Shown in pieces: positions 29,121-37,578 of a DNA stretch of 64,000 bases (positions are counted from its first letter, which is position 1; each line of letters starts with the position of its first letter). The stretch covers positions 162,853 to 226,852 of the forward strand of contig JAJPKA010000018.1 of NCBI GenBank assembly GCA_021323945.1. Reading direction: 5' to 3'. The stretch comes from Pseudomonadota bacterium (lineage in GTDB: Bacteria; Desulfobacterota; Binatia; Binatales; Binataceae). The notes below the pieces were generated by a model. It did not search any database. It was not told where the DNA came from and saw nothing but the letters and a program-made list of their open reading frames with translations. The position numbers were made by a program, and so were the translations under genes.

Positions 29121-29564
29121 CTAGCGGGAGTGAATGGGTACTCGACGCGGATGAGATTGCTCGGGCAAGGGAACAATTAATTCCAGCACGCCGTTGTTGT
29201 AAGAAGCACTAATTTGGTCCGGGTTAACTCCACCCGGTAATTTTATGACCCGCTCAAAACTCCCGTATACCACCTCGCGGTGCATGAAATCGCGACCCTT
29301 TTCTTCGTGCTTCTGTTCGCGCTTGCCTCTGATAGTCAGTTGATCACCGCTGGCTGTGATCTCAACATCCTTCGGGTCGACTCCGGGCAAATCGGCTCTT
29401 ACCACCAGGTTGCCACTCTCGACGTACGATTCGAGGGGAGGATGGGGCGTCTGCTCCTGACGAGAAAAACGGCGACCTAAGAACCGGTCAAAAACATCGT
29501 CGAAATCGCGTCGGAAACGGTCCAATTCGCGAAAGGGTGACCACGATTGAGTATCGCTCGCCAT
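29121..29564 (-). CDS. Hsp20/alpha-crystallin family small heat shock protein
   Basis: Alpha-crystallin domain YVESGNLVVRADLPGVDPKDVEI...GVLELIVPLP. AAGGGGAG SD upstream. Confidence 0.85.
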   Translation of the reverse strand: MASDTQSWSPFRELDRFRRDFDDVFDRFLGRRFSRQEQTPHPPLESYVESGNLVVRADLPGVDPKDVEITASGDQLTIRGKREQKHEEKGRDFMHREVVYGSFERVIKLPGGVNPDQISASYNNGVLELIVPLPEQSHPRRVPIHSR

Positions 29565-29781
29565 GATTGCTGCACTCCCCTTTGCACTCGTCTATTTTAA
29601 CCTAATCATCCGGGCAGCATCAGCAAGCATCAGGCTTCGTTGATGCTGCGTGATACCTGACGAGGCAAAGAAATCCGTGGCTGGTCCAGCTACTTCCGGC
29701 AACGTGAGATTGGTGTAACAGAGCGTAAACAATGACCGGCTTGCGCCAAAACAAGTGCAGTCGGGCGCATCCCCTTTGCGC

Positions 29782-30345
29782 CTACCTTCTCCAGTTCCCG
29801 ACGAGGGGTAGCGCGGATGGTTGTGAGTCTTGGGTCTCGGCAGAGGATGGAGCAGAGCTTAGTGCTCCCTGAAAAGTCGGTGCTTCGAGATTGGAATGGC
29901 GAGATTGGACGATGTAAGCGCCGATCATCACCGCAATTAACGCCCCAAAGAGTATTGGTCCCGCCCAATTGCGACGGCGGTGACGCTGACTATTTTCGAA
30001 GGATGGCGCAGAGCCCATCAGCGGTGGGCTGTTATCCGTTTGCTGGACGTGGCGCACTAAACGCATTGCGATTTCGTCCTGATCGATCTCGAGAAAACTC
30101 GCATATTTGCGCAGAAAGGGAAGCAGATAGAGTCGATCAGATATGAGATTGTAATCGTCGTCTTCAAGCATCCGAATGTAATGCGCCGGGATGCGCGTCT
30201 GCTGCACCACCGTTTCACGTGAGAGTCCACGTCGCTCACGGGCTGCGACTAATGATTGACCCAAGCTTGAGTCTTGCCCTTGTTTATTCCTTGCGGCATC
30301 CGGCCGGTTTCCACCCACGCTCCTACCCCTCATCCATGGGTTCAA
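29782..30345 (-). CDS. RodZ-like helix-turn-helix membrane protein (short form, no C-terminal DUF4115)
   Basis: LGQSLVAARERRGLSRETVVQQTRIPAHYIRMLEDDDYNLI...LYLLPFLRKYASFL matches the RodZ HTH N-domain. One TM helix, GPILFGALIAVMIGAYIV. Confidence 0.6.
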   Translation of the reverse strand: MNPWMRGRSVGGNRPDAARNKQGQDSSLGQSLVAARERRGLSRETVVQQTRIPAHYIRMLEDDDYNLISDRLYLLPFLRKYASFLEIDQDEIAMRLVRHVQQTDNSPPLMGSAPSFENSQRHRRRNWAGPILFGALIAVMIGAYIVQSRHSNLEAPTFQGALSSAPSSAETQDSQPSALPLVGNWRR

Positions 30346-30446
30346 TTACGAAGTGACGACTCTCGCGGACTGATAAAATCTTATAGCTGCTGTTATCACC
30401 AAACAATACCTTGTGTCATAATTAAAGGCATGTTCACGCTGATGGA

Positions 30447-32270
30447 TTAGTCGACAGAACACCGAGCATTTCCCCCAGTGTCCGCGTTGGTCAGCGCCAC
30501 TTTCTTACCCTCGCACCCGATCGGTCGCGGCTTGGCTGAGAGTAGCCTCGCTAATTCTGAAACATCCGAGCGGTTAGCGACCAACACGATGCACTGACCG
30601 CTGCGCCACGCATCCCTGAGTTGTACATTTGTTGCAAACACGCTTCCGGTTGCCGCCCGAGGCCCAAACGGTTGGAGCTCTCCGCGATAATTCACCAAGA
30701 CCTCTCTCAATCCCGTGTAGAAAGGCAGCGCCTGCTCGAAATGCCCGAATGACATCAATTTGCAGCGACTGCCAGCGTACCGGCTGATAGCCCCGGCGAG
30801 TTGTCGGTAAGAAACCAGAGAGGCGACTCGCTCGCGCGCATGAATAGCTGTCCCCATTTCCATGAGAACAATGATGACCAGCCCGAGTACCCTCACCGGG
30901 GTCGTGCTCGAAGTGAGAAGCACCGAGACGATTCCCATCGCAATCAAGATCAGCGCGATGATTCGGCTATCGCCGCTGAGGGCCTGCTTTAAAGGCACTG
31001 AGGGAATGACGAAGCCAAGAAGGATTAGGACAAGAGCGGCGGTTATATTGATAGCCGCAAAGACGCGAAAGATTCGCCGGCGCACAATCATCTTGTAATT
31101 GCCCGTGATGAGCAGGCCCCGGCCGGCTAGGATGGCAAGCGGAGGCAGTCCGGGAAGGATGTACTCACCAAGTTTCGAGCGTGGTATTGAGAAAAAGACG
31201 AAAACAACCCCAAACCAGATCGCCAGAAAATGTAAGCCTGCTCGCCAGAATTTCGTCGTACCTTCGAGTGATGGAGCCCCCTCGAGTGAAGCAGTTGATC
31301 CGCCGCAAGTCTTTCCGAAGGGCCAATAGGATTGCAACGTCGCTATCGGGACGACCGCGAACAGAATGAAGTAAAACCAAGGCCACGTCCCTGCGATCGT
31401 AATCGGAACGTAAAACCACAGACCCCAACTGTGTTCAGTGTTCTCGACATACCGCTGAAAATGTTCATGGATTAGAAAGAATTTGACGAAGCCGGGGTTT
31501 CGTAGCCCGACGATCACGAACCATGGCAGCGTCAAACAGAGATACAAGCTTAGGCATCGAAGCCAAGGCAACTCCAGAACGAGCTTCAGACGCCGCTCGA
31601 CCAGCAGCCACAGGAACACGATGACTGCCGCCAGGACCAGAGCTACAGGACCCTTGGTCAACGTTCCCAGGGCGAGCATGCCTGCTCCCGTAACCAGCCA
31701 CTTAACGTCAACACCCCGCGCCCAGTCGCCACCACGGAAGCCGGCATAAACGCATCCCATCGCCGCGGCGAAGAAAAAGGCAAGTGCCGGGTCCGGAGTC
31801 GCAAAACGCGAGAAGGCGAAAAACAGGGGACTGAGTGCCAGCGCGATCCCTGATAGTATGCCAGTCGCAGGCCCGAACATGCGCTCTCCAAGGGCTGCGG
31901 TTATCCCCACCTGGCCCGCACTGGCCAGGGCGGCCTGCAGTCGCACCGCGAATTCGTCGTGCCCAAAGACTCTTAAGCAGGCGGCAGTTATCCAGTACAC
32001 CAGAGGCGGCTTTTCGAGGTACCGGACAAAATTGTTGTGCGGGGTGACATAGTCACCACTGATGACCATCTCGCGAGCAACTTCGGCATAACGCCCCTCG
32101 TCGGGCTCCCATAATGGCGGTCGCCCCAACGCGGGCAAGTATATGATCAGGGCGAAGGCCGCCAACAATAGCCCTCGATGGTTCGAGATCCGAGCGAATG
32201 GCCGGCGATTTCCTGGCACGTTTTTAAGGGTACCGTGAGGGCAAGAAGGATAAAATTGAGCGCTAAACAC
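30447..32270 (-). CDS. arnT: ArnT/PMT_2-family polyprenyl-phosphate-sugar glycosyltransferase (GT83/GT39-like), likely lipid A/core aminoarabinose-type transferase
   Basis: About 12 TM helices. The N-terminal motif PPLWEPDEGRYAEVAREMVISGDYVTP...EKPPLVYW is the ArnT/PMT signature loop. A periplasmic C-terminal domain follows. Confidence 0.7.
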   Translation of the reverse strand: MFSAQFYPSCPHGTLKNVPGNRRPFARISNHRGLLLAAFALIIYLPALGRPPLWEPDEGRYAEVAREMVISGDYVTPHNNFVRYLEKPPLVYWITAACLRVFGHDEFAVRLQAALASAGQVGITAALGERMFGPATGILSGIALALSPLFFAFSRFATPDPALAFFFAAAMGCVYAGFRGGDWARGVDVKWLVTGAGMLALGTLTKGPVALVLAAVIVFLWLLVERRLKLVLELPWLRCLSLYLCLTLPWFVIVGLRNPGFVKFFLIHEHFQRYVENTEHSWGLWFYVPITIAGTWPWFYFILFAVVPIATLQSYWPFGKTCGGSTASLEGAPSLEGTTKFWRAGLHFLAIWFGVVFVFFSIPRSKLGEYILPGLPPLAILAGRGLLITGNYKMIVRRRIFRVFAAINITAALVLILLGFVIPSVPLKQALSGDSRIIALILIAMGIVSVLLTSSTTPVRVLGLVIIVLMEMGTAIHARERVASLVSYRQLAGAISRYAGSRCKLMSFGHFEQALPFYTGLREVLVNYRGELQPFGPRAATGSVFATNVQLRDAWRSGQCIVLVANRSDVSELARLLSAKPRPIGCEGKKVALTNADTGGNARCSVD

Positions 32271-32352
32271 CGATGCTATCTCTGCGATAGAGGTTCAGTG
32301 GGGGGTCGGCTATCCAGAGGCCTGCTTTAATCGCCGGTCTTGGTTTGCCAAA

Positions 32353-33411
32353 ATGGCGGACAATCGCCTGCCGGCGATAAAGATAAAATTGGGGTCTCCA
32401 GCACAAGCACAGAATATTGCTGCGAACGGCGCGCCCGCCAAGCGTGAATCCGTCGCAATCGTAGTCCCCGTATTCAACGAAGCCGCGAACCTGCCCGTGC
32501 TGTGGTCCCGGCTGCAGGGCGTTTTGGCGGATCCGTCACGCGAATGGGAAGTGGTTTTTGTAGATGACGGCTCGACCGATCGCTCGTTGGAGATCCTTCG
32601 CGAATACAGTCAGCAGGACGACCGCGTCCGGGTGGTGGAGCTCGCGCGAAATTTCGGCCAGCATTCGGCACTGCTCGCGGGATTTAGAAACTGCCATGCC
32701 GACGTCATCGTCACGTTGGATGCGGACCTGCAGAATCCCCCGGAGGAAATTCCCAAACTGCTCCGTGCGATCGCAGAAGGCAATGATGTCGTAGGAGGTT
32801 GGCGCGAAGAGCGGCAAGATCGACCGTACCGTCGATTGGCCTCGCGGCTGCACAATCGGATCACTTCTGCGATCGTCGGCGTTCCGATGCATGATTATGG
32901 GTGCATGCTACGTGCCTACCGGCGCCACATTGTTGACACTGTCGTGGCCTGCGACGAAAAGGCCGCTTTCGTACCCGCGTTGGCCAATACGTTTGCCAAA
33001 AAGGTAGCTGAGATTCCGGTAGCACACGCTGCGCGTCTTGATGGCAACTCGAAGTACAACCTGTTTCGCCTGATTCATTTGAGTCTGAATCTGATAACCG
33101 GATTTTCCAATTTTCCGATTCAGGCCATGAGTCTGGCGGCCATCGGAATCTTTCTCCTGGACGCGATTTTTGTTGCTGCTTTGTTGGTTCATCGCCTCGC
33201 CTACGGTCCGCAGCAGGAGGGTGCGGTCTGGGTGCTATTTGCATTCACATTTGCATTGCTGGGTTTGGTCATGCTCGCCCTTGGGCTCATCGGCGAATAT
33301 ATCGGGCGCATCTATCTGGAGGTGCGTCGCCGTCCGACCTACATCGTACGAGCCGTTCATAGTCGCGGGCTCACCGATGGTGAGTTAAAGCGCAATGTGC
33401 TGGATGAATGA
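32353..33411 (+). CDS. arnC: Polyprenyl-phosphate glycosyltransferase, GT2 (undecaprenyl-phosphate 4-deoxy-4-formamido-L-arabinose transferase ArnC-like)
   Basis: VAIVVPVFNEAANLPVLWSRL...VVFVDDGSTDRS...TLDADLQNPPEEIPKLL plus two C-terminal TM helices is the ArnC/DPM1-like architecture. Confidence 0.8.
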   Translation: MADNRLPAIKIKLGSPAQAQNIAANGAPAKRESVAIVVPVFNEAANLPVLWSRLQGVLADPSREWEVVFVDDGSTDRSLEILREYSQQDDRVRVVELARNFGQHSALLAGFRNCHADVIVTLDADLQNPPEEIPKLLRAIAEGNDVVGGWREERQDRPYRRLASRLHNRITSAIVGVPMHDYGCMLRAYRRHIVDTVVACDEKAAFVPALANTFAKKVAEIPVAHAARLDGNSKYNLFRLIHLSLNLITGFSNFPIQAMSLAAIGIFLLDAIFVAALLVHRLAYGPQQEGAVWVLFAFTFALLGLVMLALGLIGEYIGRIYLEVRRRPTYIVRAVHSRGLTDGELKRNVLDE

Positions 33412-33420
33412 GCGCGAGGA

Positions 33421-34374
33421 GTGCTGGTTTCTATGGTTTTGGCGACTGAGGCGCGGTGCGTGCTATTTGCTTATCACGAGATTGGTTACGTGTGCATGAG
33501 CGAATTATTGGCGCTCGACGTGCCGATCGTCGCCCTGTTCACTCATCGCGACGATCCGGCGGAGGAGGTCTGGTGGAGATCGTGTGAGGAGCTCGCGCGC
33601 CGTCACGGGATTCCGGTTTTTGTGACCGAAGATTTCGATTCCGGTTTGATTGCAACTGTCAGACGACTGAGTCCTTCGATTTTATATTCGTTCTTTTATC
33701 GAAGACTGTTGCCGGAAGAGCTGTTGAGAGTTGCGCCCCTGGGCAGTTTCAACTTGCACACATCGCTTTTGCCAAAATATCGGGGCCGATCACCGATCAA
33801 TTGGATGATTATTAATGGTGAGACTCAGGCGGGTGTTACCCTCCATCATATGGTTGCTCGCGCTGACGCCGGCGACATCGTTGCGCAGCTTGCGGTCGAA
33901 CTCACCGAGGACGACACTGCCCTGACTCTCTATCGCAAACTGCTTCCTCTGGCTGCCTCGGTGATTCGGGAATATCACCCGCTAATTGCCGCGGGGTGCG
34001 CACCTCGCCGCGCGCAGGACTTGCGCCAGGGCAGCTATTTCGGCAGGCGCCGCCCAGAGGACGGCCGCATTGACTGGAACTGGCCGGCTCGGCGAATTTA
34101 CAACCTGATTCGTGGCGTGACTCATCCTTACCCCGGGGCCTTTTGCTTTGTCGAAGGACGAAAATTGATGGTCTGGGAGGCTCGCGTTACTCATGACTCG
34201 GGGAGCTTTGGCGAGCACGGCCGCCTCATCAATAGCGATCGGGACTGGGTTGAGGTCGCGGCCGGACAAGGCAGTCTCGCGATCCTACGTGCTCAATTCG
34301 ACGGCGAGGCTGAGGCTGATCCGGTAAGCGTGCTTACCGAAGCAGGCTTCCCATTAACAGTTCGACTGCAATAA
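33421..34374 (+). CDS. Formyltransferase (ArnA N-terminal formyltransferase domain-like, stand-alone)
   Basis: Formyl_trans_N/C fold. The motif SFNLHTSLLPKYRGRSPINWMIINGETQAGVTLHHMVARADAGDIV carries the Fmt/ArnA catalytic N...H...D triad. Confidence 0.75.
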   Translation: MLVSMVLATEARCVLFAYHEIGYVCMSELLALDVPIVALFTHRDDPAEEVWWRSCEELARRHGIPVFVTEDFDSGLIATVRRLSPSILYSFFYRRLLPEELLRVAPLGSFNLHTSLLPKYRGRSPINWMIINGETQAGVTLHHMVARADAGDIVAQLAVELTEDDTALTLYRKLLPLAASVIREYHPLIAAGCAPRRAQDLRQGSYFGRRRPEDGRIDWNWPARRIYNLIRGVTHPYPGAFCFVEGRKLMVWEARVTHDSGSFGEHGRLINSDRDWVEVAAGQGSLAILRAQFDGEAEADPVSVLTEAGFPLTVRLQ

Positions 34375-34408
34375 CAGTCGGAAAAGAATTGTCAGGCGAT
34401 TAGCTTAC

Positions 34409-35374
34409 ATGCGGGTTTTGATCACAGGCGGAGCCGGTTTCCTGGGTTCGCATCTTTCAGACTCATTCATTGAGCGCGGGGATGAAGTGTTCGTGCTTGA
34501 CACCGGCTCGATTGCCAAAGTCCGGCATCTGCTCGACCATCCGCGCTTCCATTATATCCACGACTCGATTTTTAATCTCGAACTACTGGATGGCCTGGCT
34601 GCCAAGGTTGATCTCATCTATCATCTGGCCGCCGTGGTCGGCGTTGAACATTATGTCGCCGATCCGTATGAAACCCTGAACGTCAACGTGAACGGGACTC
34701 AGAACGTTCTCAAAGTTGCTTACAAGTACAATCGTAAACTGGTGTTCAGTTCAACGTCGGAAATCTACGGACGCAACCCCAAAGTCCCATGGCGAGAAGA
34801 TGACGATCGCGTACTGGGCGCGACCACAATTGATCGCTGGTGTTATTCGACCTCCAAAGCGGTGGGCGAACATTTCTGTTTTGCCTACCACAAACTGGGA
34901 TTGCCGGTCACCGTCTTACGGTATTTCAACGTGTACGGTCCGCGGCTCGACCGAGTGGATGTCGGCCGGTTATTCACTATTTTCATGGGGCAGCTACTGC
35001 GCAATGCCGACTTGACGGTCATCGGCGACGGCTCCCAGACTCGCTGTTTCACCTTTGTCAGCGACGCGGTTGCGGCCACCGTCGCTGCCGGACTGAACGA
35101 TGCTGCCAATGGTCATGCAGTGAACGTCGGGGTCGACGTGGAGACCTCGGTGCTGGAATTTGCACAACTGATGCTGGAACTGTATGGCAGTACCAAATCC
35201 AAGATCAGATTCGTGTCGCAGGAAGAAGTCTACGGCGCGGGCTATGAGGATATTCCGCGCCGCGTGCCGGATAACACCAAAATGCGCAATTTGCTCGGAG
35301 TTGAACCGAAAGTGTCCCTGAAAGAGGGCACCAAAATGGCCATCGACTGGTTTCGCCGCGAAGCCAATCGCTAG
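34409..35374 (+). CDS. NAD-dependent epimerase/dehydratase (UDP-glucuronate decarboxylase, ArnA C-domain/UXS-like)
   Basis: MRVLITGGAGFLGSHL Rossmann motif, catalytic YSTSK, and SDR-extended features as in ArnA-DH/UXS. Confidence 0.8.
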   Translation: MRVLITGGAGFLGSHLSDSFIERGDEVFVLDTGSIAKVRHLLDHPRFHYIHDSIFNLELLDGLAAKVDLIYHLAAVVGVEHYVADPYETLNVNVNGTQNVLKVAYKYNRKLVFSSTSEIYGRNPKVPWREDDDRVLGATTIDRWCYSTSKAVGEHFCFAYHKLGLPVTVLRYFNVYGPRLDRVDVGRLFTIFMGQLLRNADLTVIGDGSQTRCFTFVSDAVAATVAAGLNDAANGHAVNVGVDVETSVLEFAQLMLELYGSTKSKIRFVSQEEVYGAGYEDIPRRVPDNTKMRNLLGVEPKVSLKEGTKMAIDWFRREANR

Positions 35375-35394
35375 GCCAGCTTGTCGACCATGCA

Positions 35395-37563
35395 GTGAAC
35401 GCATCAACGGAGCAGCGCCAACAGCTTGAGGGTACTCTCGAACAGATCCTTTTCGCCAACGATAACAATGGCTATGTTGTCGGCCTGCTCGACATTAACG
35501 AAGAGGGACGGCGGCGCCGGATTACAATTGTCGGGAACCTGGGCGGCATTGAGGTAGGCGGCGCGCTCCGCCTTTTCGGTCGTTTTGAGAATCATCCAAA
35601 GTATGGTGAGCAGTTCCGGGTGGAAGAATATGAACTGCTTCGCCCTGCAGGACTGGCAGCACTTGAACGATATTTGGCCGCGGAGATCAAGGGAGTCGGT
35701 CCCGTCTTCGCACGCCGCATCGTGGCCCACTTTGGCGATTCGCTGACAACGGTTTTGGACACTGCGCCAGAGCGATTAAACGAGGTCGTGGGCCTGCCGC
35801 GCCGGGTCGTCCGTCACATCGCAACAGCCTGGCAGGATTCTTCGGGCTTGCGGGAACTGACTGTCTTTTTGCGGGGACACGGAATCGGTGGGATCCACGC
35901 GAAGCGAATTCATGGCGCTTATGGGCGCGACTCACTGGCCAGGATCCGCAGCGATCCTTATATTTTGGCCCGGACGATTAGCGGGATCGGTTTTCGCACC
36001 GCCGATGCGATCGCAGAAAAGCTTGGTATTCCGCGCGACTCACTCCAGCGTGCCCGCGCCGCGCTTGTCTATCTGCTCGAACGTATGGCCGAGAATGGCC
36101 ACGTCTTTGCACCTTTCGAGTATCTCGCGAGCCAGTTTGAATCCGTGTTGGAAATGGACTCGGCACTGGCACGCCAGGCCTTGGACAGCCTTGAGCAGAG
36201 TGGCGAGCTGCGGAGCGAGCTTGCCGACGATTACACGGCCGTCTACCTGCGGCGACTCTACCAAGCCGAAGTTACTGTCGCCGAGCGCGTTCGGATGCTC
36301 TCGGCGGGGCGAGCGATGGGCGAGAATGCCGTTGAACGCGCTGTCAGAACGGCGGCCGAAAATTCTGGTGAACTGAAGTTGACGGATGAACAGCATCGGG
36401 CCCTCAGAGCCGTCCTAAAAAGCAGGACCGCAATCATCACTGGCGGACCGGGAACCGGTAAAACTACACTTTTGCGCTGGCTGCTACGGGCGCTGGATGC
36501 GGCTGGCGTGAAGCCGACCTTGGCGGCGCCCACCGGTCGCGCCGCGCGTCGGCTTGCCGAAACTTGCGGCCGAGAGGCTAAGACGATCCATCGCCTGTTG
36601 GAATACTCCTCAGAAACTGGGAACTTTCTTCGTTCTGAGACCCTGCCCTTGCGCAGTAATTTCCTCGTGATCGATGAGGCTTCGATGATGGACATCGAAC
36701 TGGCATCGAGTGTCTTGCGCGCTCTGATGCCGGGTTCGTCGCTCCTGCTGGTCGGCGACCGCGACCAGTTGCCATCCATCGGACCGGGGACTGTGCTGAA
36801 GGATGCGATTGACTCGGGGATAGCACCAGTCGCGCAGTTGCGCGAGGTGCATCGACAGGCGGGTCGGAGCAAGATCGTGGCCAATGCCCATCGCATCAAT
36901 CGCGGCGAGCTTCCGGAAATCGACAACGACCCAAATGGCGACTTCTTCTTCTTCGAACGCAATGCGCCCGAGGACATCGTGGCGACCATCAAGCAATTGG
37001 TGCATACGCGCCTGGTCGGACACTTCGGCATCGAGGATTCGCGCGACATTCAGATATTGACACCAATGAATCGTGGACCGCTTGGTACACAGTTCCTCAA
37101 CCGCGAACTGCAGCATCTGCTTAATCCGACCGGTCGTGAACTACGCGTCGGTGACCGATTTTTTCGCGAAGGCGACCGTGTAATCCAGCTGCGCAATAAT
37201 TACGAGAAAGCGGTGTTCAACGGTGCGATTGGCCGCGTCGTTTCGGTGGATGTGGCGCGGGGCCGGGTCGCGGTTTCGTTCGAAGAGGGCAGTGCCGAGT
37301 ATGACGTGGCGGAACTCGATGAGTTGGGTCTTGGCTATGCGATCTCGATCCACAAAAGCCAGGGCAGCCAATATCCCGCAGTTGTAATGCCCATTCATCA
37401 GACGCATTACCTGATGCTGCGCCGAAACCTGCTCTATACCGCGGTCACCCGAGCCGAGCGAGTATGCGTGCTGGTCGGCAGTCGTAGCGCATTGGCCCAG
37501 GCCGTGCGCAACGAGGACGAACGTCGCCGATTCAGCCGGCTCGCCGAACGATTACGGCAATAA
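35395..37563 (+). CDS. recD2: ATP-dependent RecD-like DNA helicase (RecD2, SF1B)
   Basis: N-terminal OB/HhH region, Walker A ITGGPGTGKTT, motifs VIDEASMMD, LLLVGDRDQLPSIGPG, SIHKSQGSQY and the C-terminal SH3-like domain. Confidence 0.85.
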   Translation: MNASTEQRQQLEGTLEQILFANDNNGYVVGLLDINEEGRRRRITIVGNLGGIEVGGALRLFGRFENHPKYGEQFRVEEYELLRPAGLAALERYLAAEIKGVGPVFARRIVAHFGDSLTTVLDTAPERLNEVVGLPRRVVRHIATAWQDSSGLRELTVFLRGHGIGGIHAKRIHGAYGRDSLARIRSDPYILARTISGIGFRTADAIAEKLGIPRDSLQRARAALVYLLERMAENGHVFAPFEYLASQFESVLEMDSALARQALDSLEQSGELRSELADDYTAVYLRRLYQAEVTVAERVRMLSAGRAMGENAVERAVRTAAENSGELKLTDEQHRALRAVLKSRTAIITGGPGTGKTTLLRWLLRALDAAGVKPTLAAPTGRAARRLAETCGREAKTIHRLLEYSSETGNFLRSETLPLRSNFLVIDEASMMDIELASSVLRALMPGSSLLLVGDRDQLPSIGPGTVLKDAIDSGIAPVAQLREVHRQAGRSKIVANAHRINRGELPEIDNDPNGDFFFFERNAPEDIVATIKQLVHTRLVGHFGIEDSRDIQILTPMNRGPLGTQFLNRELQHLLNPTGRELRVGDRFFREGDRVIQLRNNYEKAVFNGAIGRVVSVDVARGRVAVSFEEGSAEYDVAELDELGLGYAISIHKSQGSQYPAVVMPIHQTHYLMLRRNLLYTAVTRAERVCVLVGSRSALAQAVRNEDERRRFSRLAERLRQ

Positions 37564-37578
37564 TCCCGATCCCTTCGG

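Noticed and set aside
29565-29781. CIRCE or ROSE-type heat-shock control element in the hsp20 leader (two GAGTGCA direct repeats near the SD)
   Set aside because: The repeats are direct, not the inverted TTAGCACTC-N9-GAGTGCTAA of CIRCE, and no ROSE-like G-bulge structure could be folded by eye. It is left as unverified.
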